A program made the translations under genes and the position numbers. 62,545 nucleotides of DNA from Candidatus Limnocylindria bacterium (GTDB lineage: Bacteria; Chloroflexota; Limnocylindria; QHBO01), in assembly GCA_044866355.1 (NCBI GenBank), contig JBIOTW010000091.1:1-62545 (forward strand), in the 5' to 3' direction. Below, piece after piece: positions 1 through 8,419 of the stretch. The first letter of the stretch is position 1. Every line of letters starts with the position of its first letter. The notes beneath the pieces are model-generated. The model was not told where the DNA came from. It searched no databases and saw only the letters and a program-made list of their open reading frames with translations.

Positions 1-2061
1 ATCCTCGACCCGGGCACCAGCACCGTCGTGTTCACCGGCGGCTCGGTCATCACCGGCAGCCACACCCTGAACAACGTCGAGATCCGGGGTGGGACGATCA
101 CGATCGCGGCCGGCACGACCCTGACCGTGGCCGGCATGACGACGCTGACCAATGGCAACCTCAACGGCGGAACGCTGGAGGCGCTGGCAGACATCTCCCT
201 GCTCGGTGCGTTCGACGGTGAGACCGCGACCATCCTGATCGCGGGCGCCGGAGACCAGACGCTGACCGGCACCGCCACTCCGACCAGTGGCGACGCCCCG
301 AACTTCACGATCGACAAGCCGTCAGGCACCCTGTTCCTGGCCGGCACCATCCGCCTGACGACCGCCACCTGGACCTGGCTGTCGGGCGCCGTCGACCCCG
401 GGACCGGCCTCCTGGTCCTCGACGCCAACACCGCCATCGGCGGCACCCACACCCTGTACGACGTCCTGCTCCGGGGCGGCGCCCACACTGTGACGAGTGG
501 CATGCCGACCGTGGCCGGCACCCTGACCCTGGACGATGGCACGATCGACGGCGGCACGTTCGGCGCCGCCGGGCCCATCGAGCAGCTGTCGACCTTCGAC
601 GGTGGCTCGGGCACCCTGCAGATCACCGGCACTGCCGACCAGACCTTCACCGGGTCGGCCACGACCACCACCGGCAACCTGCCCAACGTCGTCATCGACA
701 AGTCGGGCGGGACGCTCACCCTGGCCGGCACGATCCGGCTCAGCGACGCGACCTGGACCTGGCTGTCGGGCGCCGTCGACCCCGGGACCAGCCTCCTGGT
801 CATGGCTGGCACCAGCACCCTCGCCGCGGTGGGCATGACCTTCAACGACCTGACCGTCAACGGCGGCACGACCACCCTGGCCCAGGACCTCAATGTCGGC
901 GGCGAGCTGTGGGTGGCGGCGGGGACCCTGAATGGCGCGGGCATGACCACAGTCGTTTCCGGCAACGTCACGATCGACGGCGCCTTCACGCCCGGTACGG
1001 GCCTGCTCAACATGAATGGGGCTGCCGCTCAAACGCTTGGCGGCGCAGCCGCCAACATCGGTCTGTATGACTTCACGGTGAACAATGCCGTGGGGGTCAC
1101 GATCACGACCGCCGTCTCGGTGGCCGGCACGCTGACGCTCAACGGGCCGCTCGACATCAGCGGTCAGACCTTGGGCATCGCGAACGCGATCGCCGGCACG
1201 CCAACGCTGTTGACGGGTGACCCGCTCTCCTCGCTGGTCATCGCAGGGACCAGCGCTGGGATCATCATCCCTTCGAGCCTGCCGGTGCTGGCCAACCTGA
1301 CGCTGGACAACCCGCAGGGGGCCGCCTTGGGCGGCCCGCTGACCATCGGCAACCTGCTGACATTGACCGATGGCGTTCTGAATGCCGGTGGGTGGGTGGT
1401 GACCATCGATCCGGCTGGGTCGGTGGCGCGTACGGCGGGCCACGTCAGCGGCGCGCTCCGGAAGACGATTCCGATCGGCGCCGGCGTCACACTCACGTTC
1501 GAGATCGGCGATGCGACGACCTACGCCCCGGTCAGCCTCGTCTTTGGCACGGTGTCGGTGTCGGGCACCATCACCGCCTCAACCACCCCCGGAGAGCACC
1601 CCAACATCGGCTCCTCTGTCATCGACCCGTCACAGGACGTGAACCGATGGTGGTCGCTGGTCAACGGCGGCACCGTGTTCAGCACATTGGATGCGACCTT
1701 CACTTTCGCGCCGAGCGATGTCGATCCGGGCGCCTCGACTGCCGCCTTTGTGGTCGCCAAATGGGATGGCGCCTGGGTCCTTCCCGTGTCGGGCGCGGCG
1801 CTGCCGACGTCCATCACGGCCTTCGGCATGACCTCGCTGAGCGAGTTCGCAGTTGGTGAGGTCGAGTCGGTCGACCTGCCGAACACGGCCTGGGGCGTGC
1901 CGGTTCCCGCCCTGGGGTCGCTGCTGACCAGTCTCCTGGCGGCGCTGATGGTGTTGCGAGTGCCGGCGGCTCCATCTCTGTGGGCTCGTCTCTGGCCGGC
2001 GACGGGCTCTTCGGCAGGTCGCCCCGAATGGGAGACCCTCTGGCAGGACCTCTACCGCTGA
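1..2061 (+). CDS. 5'-truncated large secreted beta-strand repeat protein with C-terminal LPNTA plus hydrophobic segment
   Basis: Frame 1 is open from nt 1. ILDPGTS at the window edge matches the internal repeat ending AVDPGTS/G, so the gene starts upstream of the window. Repeat units are about 384 nt, with identical 39-mers at 367-405 and 751-789 (TIRL..ATWTWLSGAVDPGT). Composition is G/T/A/L-rich. The C-terminus is DLPNTAWG, then 22 hydrophobic residues, then R. Confidence 0.75.
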   Translation: MLDPGTSTVVFTGGSVITGSHTLNNVEIRGGTITIAAGTTLTVAGMTTLTNGNLNGGTLEALADISLLGAFDGETATILIAGAGDQTLTGTATPTSGDAPNFTIDKPSGTLFLAGTIRLTTATWTWLSGAVDPGTGLLVLDANTAIGGTHTLYDVLLRGGAHTVTSGMPTVAGTLTLDDGTIDGGTFGAAGPIEQLSTFDGGSGTLQITGTADQTFTGSATTTTGNLPNVVIDKSGGTLTLAGTIRLSDATWTWLSGAVDPGTSLLVMAGTSTLAAVGMTFNDLTVNGGTTTLAQDLNVGGELWVAAGTLNGAGMTTVVSGNVTIDGAFTPGTGLLNMNGAAAQTLGGAAANIGLYDFTVNNAVGVTITTAVSVAGTLTLNGPLDISGQTLGIANAIAGTPTLLTGDPLSSLVIAGTSAGIIIPSSLPVLANLTLDNPQGAALGGPLTIGNLLTLTDGVLNAGGWVVTIDPAGSVARTAGHVSGALRKTIPIGAGVTLTFEIGDATTYAPVSLVFGTVSVSGTITASTTPGEHPNIGSSVIDPSQDVNRWWSLVNGGTVFSTLDATFTFAPSDVDPGASTAAFVVAKWDGAWVLPVSGAALPTSITAFGMTSLSEFAVGEVESVDLPNTAWGVPVPALGSLLTSLLAALMVLRVPAAPSLWARLWPATGSSAGRPEWETLWQDLYR

Positions 2062-2194
2062 GCCGCTGGCTGTCTAGCGCCCACGTGATCCGCCACGAGC
2101 AGGATCCAGAGGGGTGCATGGCCCGGCGAGTCCACGGGCCGAGCACGGTGTCGGGTAGATTCCGCTCCGAATGCTGGACCGCGGAGGACGCCAC

Positions 2195-2680
2195 ATGGGC
2201 GAGCCCGATCACGAGCGATTCATGCGGATGGCCATCGCGATGGCTCGCCACAGCGCGATCGTGGATCGGACCACCAGTCCCTTCGCCTGCGTGATCGTGC
2301 GGGACGGGGAGGTGGTGGGCTCCGGCGTCAACCAGGTCCCCATCGACAACGACCCCACCGCCCATGCCGAGGTCGTCGCCATCCGGGCGGCCTGCCGCAA
2401 GCTGGGCAGTTACGTCCTGGCTGGATGCACCGCGTACTCGACCGGCGAGCCGTGCCCCATGTGCTACGGCGCTTTGTGGTGGGCCCGGGCCGACGCCATC
2501 TTCTACGCGGCCACCATCCAGGACGCCCTCGACTACGGTGACTTCGACGACAAGCCAATTTACGATGCCATCGCCCAGCCCGGACCCGATCGCGCCGTCC
2601 CGGCGCGCGAGCTCCTGCGCGACGAGATGGTGGCGGTGTGGAAGGAGTTCCACGAAATCCCGGACCGCATTCACTACTAA
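2195..2680 (+). CDS. CMP/dCMP-type zinc deaminase (guanine/nucleoside deaminase-like)
   Basis: ATG 2195 follows GGAGGA (2183-2188). Zinc-binding motifs are TAHAEVVAIR (HAE) and GEPCPMCYGAL (PCxxC). Length is about 160 aa. Confidence 0.85.
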   Translation: MGEPDHERFMRMAIAMARHSAIVDRTTSPFACVIVRDGEVVGSGVNQVPIDNDPTAHAEVVAIRAACRKLGSYVLAGCTAYSTGEPCPMCYGALWWARADAIFYAATIQDALDYGDFDDKPIYDAIAQPGPDRAVPARELLRDEMVAVWKEFHEIPDRIHY

Positions 2681-2736
2681 CACCCGATCTGGCTGACCGA
2701 TCCCGCCTGACTGACCGATCCGACCGCGAGGTACCC

Positions 2737-3441
2737 ATGTCTACGCCATTCGCCGGCTTTCAGCCGGAAGCCATCCACTTCCTGTTGGAGCTGGGGTTGA
2801 ACAACGATCGCGCCTGGTTCCAGCCCCGCAAGGCCGAGTACGAGCGACTCCTCAAGGAGCCGCTCGAGGCCCTGTGCGTGGCGCTGGGCGAACGCCTCGA
2901 AGCGCGCGGCATACCGCTGCGGGCCGATGCCGGGTCTCCGTTCCGCATCTACCGCGACGTCCGATTCTCGAAGGACAAGTCTCCGTACAAGACCCACGTC
3001 AGTGCCAGTTTCCCGTGGGCCGGGGAAGGTGCGCCGGCGATGCCGCGCAGCCGGACCGAATCGGTCCACCACGTCGGGGGCTACTTCCACTTCGAGCCCG
3101 ACGAGTGCTACATGGGGGGCGGGATGTGGCATCCCGATCGGCCTCGCCTCGAGGCCTGGCGCGCGCTCGTGACCAAGGATCCCAAGCGAGTGCAGGCAGC
3201 CATCACGGATCGGTCCTTCGTGAAGGAGTTCGGGGAGGTTGGCGGGGATCGGCTGAAGCGCGTTCCACCCGGCTATTCGGCGGACAATCCGAGCGCGGAG
3301 CTACTCAAGCTGAAGGACGTGACGTTTGGGCGTCGCGTGTCCGACGAGGAAGCCCTCTCGCCCGAACTACCGGACATCTTGGCCGATGGATTCGCCCGGG
3401 CGAGACCCGTCTTCCAGCTGCTCGCCTCTCTGACGTCATAG
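2737..3441 (+). CDS. DUF2461 (TIGR02453) family protein
   Basis: ATG at 2737 lies inside the longer 2638 ORF. FAGFQPEAIHFLLELGLNNDRAWF ... YRDVRFSKDKSPYKTH matches the family signature as I recall it. Confidence 0.8.
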   Translation: MSTPFAGFQPEAIHFLLELGLNNDRAWFQPRKAEYERLLKEPLEALCVALGERLEARGIPLRADAGSPFRIYRDVRFSKDKSPYKTHVSASFPWAGEGAPAMPRSRTESVHHVGGYFHFEPDECYMGGGMWHPDRPRLEAWRALVTKDPKRVQAAITDRSFVKEFGEVGGDRLKRVPPGYSADNPSAELLKLKDVTFGRRVSDEEALSPELPDILADGFARARPVFQLLASLTS

Positions 3442-3499
3442 GCGTGCAAAACTCGCCTCCGGCGCGTTTTCGGACCTGCTAGATTCTGTCGGCTTCCCG

Positions 3500-4062
3500 T
3501 TCGCGGCGGCTCTGCCGCAGCGGATGGGAGGTGGGAGGCCTCGGATCGACGATTCGTCGAAGGTTCGGAGCCTCGCCGGGTGCTGGTAGCGTAGGAGACG
3601 GGCCTCAGCAACCCGTCCCAACGCGGGTTTCGCCCACTGTCACCGCCCGGTTGGACCCTGGAGGGACCGAAATGTCCGCTCAGGGAGCAGCCGGGATGAC
3701 CCGGAGGCAAGGTGGAACGCGCAGAGGCAACAGTCGGGGACCGGCGGGCCGTCACCTTCGGGTGACGCTCCAACTCGACTGGACCGGCCTACGGTCCTGG
3801 TTCGGCGGCGGGCTCGCCGTCGGGCGGTTCTACAAGTCAGGAGTCGCTGAAGAAGTCCGATTGGGGACGCGGAGTCCGGGAGCCCTCCCGCAAGGACGGC
3901 TCGCTGGGCACCGCAGTCCCGGGATCGGGCGCGGCGCAGGTGCGTCCGTTCGTCGGGGTCACACCCGACTGATAGGCGTGCTGATAGGGGTCTGGTCCAC
4001 CTCCGCAAGGAGGTCCACCGGGCCCCTGCGCTGTTTCCCAGGGGCTCGCGAGTACACTCGCG
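3500..4062. other. gene-free, hairpin-dense segment; candidate structured RNA of unknown class
   Basis: The only ORFs here are Arg/Gly-rich on both strands. Stable local hairpins: 3503-3518, 3537-3572, GTCACC-TTCG-GGTGAC at 3751-3766, GGACCG-GCCTA-CGGTCC at 3781-3797, CCTCC-GCAA-GGAGG at 4000-4013, 4023-4044 and 4047-4062. Confidence 0.3.
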
Positions 4063-4065
4063 CGC

Positions 4066-4284
4066 GTGAAACGTCGGGAGGTCCGCGAGCGTGACGAGGC
4101 CGTGGCGCGCGATCAGGCGGAGCGGCGCACGGAAGAGCTGCTGGCGAAGCTCAAGGCGCGAGAATCGGAGGCCCGGCCACCCATTGCAGAGGATGGGGCC
4201 GTTCCGGAGCCTGAGGATGCCTCGACGGAGCCCGAGGATGCCTCGACGGTCCCCACCTCGAAGCCGGGCGAAGACCCGAGCTGA
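4066..4284 (+). CDS. small charged hypothetical protein (72 aa)
   Basis: GTG-initiated ORF with a K/E/R-rich N-terminal helix and an acidic tail. It carries an in-frame 21-nt duplication (EPEDAST twice). No clear SD; weak call. Confidence 0.35.
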   Translation: MKRREVRERDEAVARDQAERRTEELLAKLKARESEARPPIAEDGAVPEPEDASTEPEDASTVPTSKPGEDPS

Positions 4285-4308
4285 ACCCCAGGTTTGCGGT
4301 CTGTCGAA

Positions 4309-4599
4309 TCAACTCCCCAGGCGTTGCCCAATCTCTCGTTCGTACTCCGGAAAGTAGTTTCCAATCATTGGCAGCTCGATGGCCCTGAGGATCGACTCGC
4401 GAGGCTCTCGCTCCAGCAGGAATTCGAACGAGGCGCGCACCAGCTCATCCACCGTCGTGCCTGACCCGAGGCGTAGGACGTCATCGGCTCGAACGCTGAC
4501 TTCATGGCGGGACGCTCCAGGGTCATCACCAACTTTCACCGTGCAGTGCCAGTCGTCACCGTCTGGCCGGCACTCGACGGTGATGTTCGCCTCGCTCAT
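4309..4599 (-). CDS. conserved-looking hypothetical protein (96 aa)
   Basis: ATG 4599 shares one base with the TGA of the upstream oxidoreductase (TGATG on the minus strand, 4597-4601). The sequence is globular and non-repetitive (SEANITVECRPDGDDWHCTVKV ... FLLEREPRESIL ... YFPEYE). Confidence 0.6.
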   Translation of the reverse strand: MSEANITVECRPDGDDWHCTVKVGDDPGASRHEVSVRADDVLRLGSGTTVDELVRASFEFLLEREPRESILRAIELPMIGNYFPEYEREIGQRLGS

Positions 4600-5771
4600 C
4601 AGTCGATCAGGACCCACGACCCCGAAGCCGATGATTTGACGGCGGCATCGACGAAGGCAATGCCCCTGGCTCCGGAGTTGAGCGTGGGATACGGCGCCTC
4701 ACCTGGCGACGGTGGCTCACCAGCCGCCACGGCTGCATAGAACGGACGCAGAAGGTCGAGAAGGGCCTCGCCCCAGCCCTCCGGATGACCTGCCGGGAGG
4801 GAGGGAGTCCCAGAAGCGGCTTGCACGCCGCCCGGGTCGCGAACCAGCAGCCGGGCATCGTCGCGAGAGCGGAGCCACAGGCGCTCCGGGACCTCCTGGT
4901 CCCAGGCGAGTGAGCGGACAGAACCGTCCACTTCGAGGGTCAGGGCGTTCTTCCGGCCCGAGGAAATCTGGCTGACGACGCAGGCGCCGCGAGCGCCGCC
5001 TTCGAAGCGGAGCAGGATCGTGGCCGCATCTTCCGATTGAACCTTCACCGATTCGGTCGGCCCTTCGCCATGCGAGAAGGCGACACCCGCGCCCAACGTC
5101 CGCGTCCGAGTCGGAATGAAGGTCGCGAAGTCAGCGAAGACCGCCTCGACCCGGAGGCCGGTGATGAACTCAGCGGTGTCGAACCAATGCGTTCCGATAT
5201 CGGCCACCGCCCGAGATCGCCCACCCATCTCGGGGTCAACGCGCCAGTTGTAGTCCTTCGGGTCAGCGAGCCAGTCCTGGAGGTAACCGCCGTGGATGAG
5301 TCGGATCTCACCCACCTCTCCGTCCTCAACCGCCGCGCGGGCGCGGCGAACCATCGGGTAGCCGCGGTAGGTGAGGGCCACCATGGCGTGACGTCCGGAC
5401 CGTCTCGCCAGATCGACCAGGCCGTCCGCGCCGGCACGATCCATGGCGATCGGCTTCTCGAGGACCAGGTGCTTGCCGGCCTCGAGCGTCGCCGTAGCCA
5501 ACGCCACGTGGGTGGCATTCGGCGTGCAGATATGGACGACGTCGATTTCCGGATCGCCGACCACGGCATAGGCGTCGGTTGACCAGCGGCCGACACCAAG
5601 GTCTCCGGCGCGACGGGCCGTCCGGTCAGGATCTGATCCGACGATGACCTCGACGTGCGCGTACCCGGTGCGCCGAACGGCATCAACGTGATGGGGTCCG
5701 ACGAACCCCATTCCGATGACGGCCGTCCGGAGTCGCGTCCCGCCCATACGTCCGGCGGGGTCATCAGTCAC
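4599..5771 (-). CDS. Gfo/Idh/MocA family oxidoreductase
   Basis: Rossmann N-terminus AVIGMGFVGPHHVDAV and an EKP motif (LVLEKPIA). The start is GTG 5771 or ATG 5747. Confidence 0.9.
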   Translation of the reverse strand: MTDDPAGRMGGTRLRTAVIGMGFVGPHHVDAVRRTGYAHVEVIVGSDPDRTARRAGDLGVGRWSTDAYAVVGDPEIDVVHICTPNATHVALATATLEAGKHLVLEKPIAMDRAGADGLVDLARRSGRHAMVALTYRGYPMVRRARAAVEDGEVGEIRLIHGGYLQDWLADPKDYNWRVDPEMGGRSRAVADIGTHWFDTAEFITGLRVEAVFADFATFIPTRTRTLGAGVAFSHGEGPTESVKVQSEDAATILLRFEGGARGACVVSQISSGRKNALTLEVDGSVRSLAWDQEVPERLWLRSRDDARLLVRDPGGVQAASGTPSLPAGHPEGWGEALLDLLRPFYAAVAAGEPPSPGEAPYPTLNSGARGIAFVDAAVKSSASGSWVLID

Positions 5772-5808
5772 GAGGCGATCGTACGCCCCGGTGGCCCGGA
5801 TTCGGAGT

Positions 5809-5884
5809 TGGAGCGGGAGACGGGATTCGAACCCGCGACATCCAGCTTGGAAGGCTGGCGCTCCACCAACTGAGCTACTCCCGC
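5809..5884 (-). tRNA. tRNA-Gly (anticodon UCC)
   Basis: The minus strand reads GCGGGAGTAGCTCAGTTGGTGGAGCGCCAGCCTTCCAAGCTGGATGTCGCGGGTTCGAATCCCGTCTCCCGCTCCA. It folds with a 7-bp acceptor, D arm GCTC/GAGC, anticodon stem CCAGC/GCTGG with loop CTTCCAA, a TTCGAAT T-loop and an encoded CCA. Confidence 0.93.
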
Positions 5885-6051
5885 TCGCTGGCCACCTTCA
5901 AGCGTCGACGATACGTCCGCGCCCGATGGCAGTTCGCGCAGACGATATCGCACTTGGCAGCCTCGGCCAATATTCGCCGGATACCACTTCGGCCGATCAT
6001 CCGGGTGACACCCTCCCGTTTCGTGCTCGGCTCAACGTGATCGAGATCCAT
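5875..6051 (-). pseudogene. HNH endonuclease C-terminal remnant
   Basis: The minus-strand frame gives MDLDHVEPSTKREGVTRMIGRSGIRRILAEAAKCDIVCANCHRARTYRRR. This is the DH ... CxxCH half of an HNH motif. There are only 58 codons from ATG 6051, below the ORF-track cutoff. The stop TAG (5875-5877) lies inside the tRNA-Gly acceptor arm. Confidence 0.45.
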
Positions 6052-6100
6052 CGCGTACGGTGCCGGGCGGTCAAGCGGGCCGCGAAGGCCTGAAGATCGC

Positions 6101-7072
6101 TCAGGCCGGGACCGTCGCTCCCCGCACGAGGCCGATCATATCGCCGGCGAGACCGATGGCCTCCGGCGTCATGATCCCCGGGTTGCGCAGGATCATGCCG
6201 CGGAACCCCAGGTCAAGGTAGGGCTGGACGAATTCCACGGCCTCGTCTGGTGTGGCCACCGCCGTGATCGCTCGTCGCTCGGGCGTGAGGCGCTCCAGCA
6301 CCGCGGTATCGTCTCGATGGTCGGCCACCAGGACGACCGGCAGCATCACGGTCCGCAGGATGGCGGACGAGTCCCGACCGATCTCCGCGCAATGCCGCTC
6401 CAGCACCTCGATCTTGTGCCGCAGCTCGTCCAGCGGTCCGAACCAGTTTGACATGTCGGCGTACTTCGCCACCAGCCGGAGGGTCCGCCGCTCGCCGCTG
6501 CCGCCGACCAGGATGGGTGGGCCAGCAGCCTGGATCGGCCGCGGGCTGTTCAGCACCCGGTCGATCCGGTAGTGACGTCCCGCGAAGGTCGGGCGCTCCT
6601 CGGTGAACATCAGGCGGCAGATCTGGAGCGCCTCTTCGAGACGATCCATCCGCTCCTTGATCGGCGGGAAGTCGAACCCCATGGCCTGGTGCTCGGCCTC
6701 GTTCCAGGCAGCCCCGATCCCGAGCACCGCTCGACCCTCGGAGATCACGTCCAGGGTGGTGACCGCCTTGGCGACAAGTGCCGGGTTGCGGTGGGTCACG
6801 CCCGTCACCATGACGCCCAGACGAACCCGAGTTGTCCGAGCGGCCAGCGCGCCCAATGTGGTGTAGGCCTCGAGCATCGGCTCGTCCTCGCGACCCACTC
6901 CGGCGATCTGCTGGAAATGGTCCATCACGGTGACCAGATCGAAACCGGCGGCCTCGGCGGCCTGCACGTTGGCCGCGATCCGATCGAAGAGCTGGTCCGG
7001 CGGCGAGTCGGGGAAGGTGAGGTTCGGCATGTGGTAGCCGAACAAGAGGCGTGAGGCGCCGCCTTCAGTCAT
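6101..7072 (-). CDS. LLM-class (luciferase-like) F420-dependent oxidoreductase
   Basis: LLFGYHMP ... FDLVTVMDHF ... RLGVMVTGVTHRNPALVAK ... GIGAAWNEAEH is typical of the luciferase-like monooxygenase / TIGR03560-type family. Confidence 0.88.
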   Translation of the reverse strand: MTEGGASRLLFGYHMPNLTFPDSPPDQLFDRIAANVQAAEAAGFDLVTVMDHFQQIAGVGREDEPMLEAYTTLGALAARTTRVRLGVMVTGVTHRNPALVAKAVTTLDVISEGRAVLGIGAAWNEAEHQAMGFDFPPIKERMDRLEEALQICRLMFTEERPTFAGRHYRIDRVLNSPRPIQAAGPPILVGGSGERRTLRLVAKYADMSNWFGPLDELRHKIEVLERHCAEIGRDSSAILRTVMLPVVLVADHRDDTAVLERLTPERRAITAVATPDEAVEFVQPYLDLGFRGMILRNPGIMTPEAIGLAGDMIGLVRGATVPA

Positions 7073-7134
7073 CGGTCCACCAACGGTTCATCGGCGCCAA
7101 TTATCGGTCCGAGCCTCGTTGATGACAGCCCAAG

Positions 7135-7464
7135 TCATGGCCCCACGTTGACGATGGTGTCGCCCCCGAACACGTATGGCTCCTCGACCTGATACGTGTC
7201 GGCCTGCCTGTTCCACGCTTCGAATCGAGGATCGCTGTCGTGGACGTGGTGTCCCTCATCGGTCGCGAAGATGGCGACCACCAGGTACTGCCTGGCTTTG
7301 GCCGCTCGCTTGGTGCTGATGTCGAGCCGGGTCAGAGTCGCCATGACCAGGAGCCCGCGGGCGTGCAGGTCCTGCCAGATCGGCGCCTCCATGGCGCGAA
7401 AGCCCGCTTCGAATTCCTCCGACTGGTCATTGCCGACGTTCAGCACGATGCCGATGGTCTGCAT
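7135..7464 (-). CDS. hypothetical protein (about 110 aa)
   Basis: Coherent globular ORF (MQTIGIVLNVGNDQSEEFEAGF ...). The start is ATG 7464 or GTG 7473. No family recognised. Confidence 0.55.
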   Translation of the reverse strand: MQTIGIVLNVGNDQSEEFEAGFRAMEAPIWQDLHARGLLVMATLTRLDISTKRAAKARQYLVVAIFATDEGHHVHDSDPRFEAWNRQADTYQVEEPYVFGGDTIVNVGP

Positions 7465-7533
7465 GCGCGACACCTCGCTGTGGGGAATTGCTACCGTGCG
7501 CCCAACCTAACCCGTATCGGTCTGGAGCACCAG

Positions 7534-7914
7534 ATGGCCATCACCGTCAAGAGCCTGGATTCACCGGACCAGTCCTATGACTTTGGAGAGGCGGGTCACT
7601 ACGAGTTCACAGTCATCGGCGACTCGATGGTGGCCCGATCGGTCATGAACCCGGGCTGGAGCTGGGACGAGTACGTCAAGCCCTACGCGGAGGGCGCCGA
7701 GAGCTGCCCGGAGACGCACCACGAGTACGTCATCTCGGGGCGCATCCGCTACCTGACCGATGAGGGGGACGAGATCGTCGCCAAGGCCGGGGACCATCTG
7801 GTCATCGAGCCCGGGCATCGCGCCTGGGTGGACGGGCCCGAGCCGTGCGTGACAGTCGACGTGGAGATCGGCGAGATGGAGGACGAGGAGCACGACCACG
7901 ACCACGATCACTGA
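7534..7914 (+). CDS. cupin domain protein with His-rich C-terminal tail
   Basis: ATG 7534; the upstream part of the 7240 ORF is antisense to the previous gene. Monocupin-like pattern HHEYVISGRIRY ... AGDHLVIEPGHRAW. The tail is EDEEHDHDHDH. Confidence 0.75.
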   Translation: MAITVKSLDSPDQSYDFGEAGHYEFTVIGDSMVARSVMNPGWSWDEYVKPYAEGAESCPETHHEYVISGRIRYLTDEGDEIVAKAGDHLVIEPGHRAWVDGPEPCVTVDVEIGEMEDEEHDHDHDH

Positions 7915-7930
7915 TCAGGCGGACGCTTGG

Positions 7931-8419
7931 TCAGGCCGAATCGGCGGCCAGCTTCTCGAGCTGGTCGGCGTGCTCCTCCAGATGGCTGACGATGAACCGA
8001 TCCACGATCTCGGCCACCGTCATCTGGTTGCCGCGAACGTAGAGCCCGCGCGCTCCCCACTGCGCCTCCGACAATCCGGCGAGGTACGTGCGGAGGATCA
8101 TCAGCGCGCCCGCCAGGCGCGCCATCTGCTCGGTGGGTGGCTCGTGACGGCCGACCTCGATGGCGTCCGCGCGACCCGGGTCGTCCGACGTGCGCCCGAA
8201 GGGGACCGGGTCGCGGCCGCTCCCCGCCACCACGCGATGGATCTCCCGCTGCCAGTACGGGACGAACTCGGCCACGTGGGCCCAGGCCTGGCCCGCGTCC
8301 CAGCGCTCCCCGGTCTTCGGATCGGCATCGGTCAGGCCCGGCGGGGGCTGGTCCGCAAAGGTGGCCAGGCGACCCTCGGCCACGGCCATCCGGGCCAGCA
8401 GGCCCATGTGCTGCATCAC
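7931..8419 (-). CDS. DinB family protein
   Basis: Four-helix DinB-like pattern with His motifs (AWAHVAEF ... SHLEEHADQL). The start overlaps the FAH stop (GTGATG at 8414-8419). Confidence 0.8.
   Translation of the reverse strand: MMQHMGLLARMAVAEGRLATFADQPPPGLTDADPKTGERWDAGQAWAHVAEFVPYWQREIHRVVAGSGRDPVPFGRTSDDPGRADAIEVGRHEPPTEQMARLAGALMILRTYLAGLSEAQWGARGLYVRGNQMTVAEIVDRFIVSHLEEHADQLEKLAADSA

Noticed and set aside
3500-4062. Possible RNase P RNA, tmRNA, cobalamin riboswitch or T-box
   Set aside because: Only fragments match (GAGG..AAAUGUCCG, ACCCGGAGGCAAGG, CGCCCACUGU, GGUGGAACGCG). The invariant cores are absent or interrupted: GGAAAGUCCGG with ACAGAACCCGGCU, the tRNA-like 3' end with UCCACCA, GGGAA..GGUG..GCCACUG followed by a 3' B12 box, and GGGUGGUACCGCG. 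The downstream gene also does not fit a riboswitch.
3531-4094. A 187-aa ORF (also an internal ATG at 3672 preceded by GGAGGG) spanning the non-coding gap
   Set aside because: The translation is extremely Arg/Gly-rich and basic with no hydrophobic core pattern. This is typical of an open off-frame in GC-rich DNA, and I recognise no motif.
4300-5810. Genomic island integrated at the tRNA-Gly 3' end
   Set aside because: The genes next to the tRNA 3' end are an ordinary oxidoreductase and a small coupled ORF. By eye I saw no integrase and no direct repeat of the tRNA 3' half; a computational repeat search would be needed to be certain.
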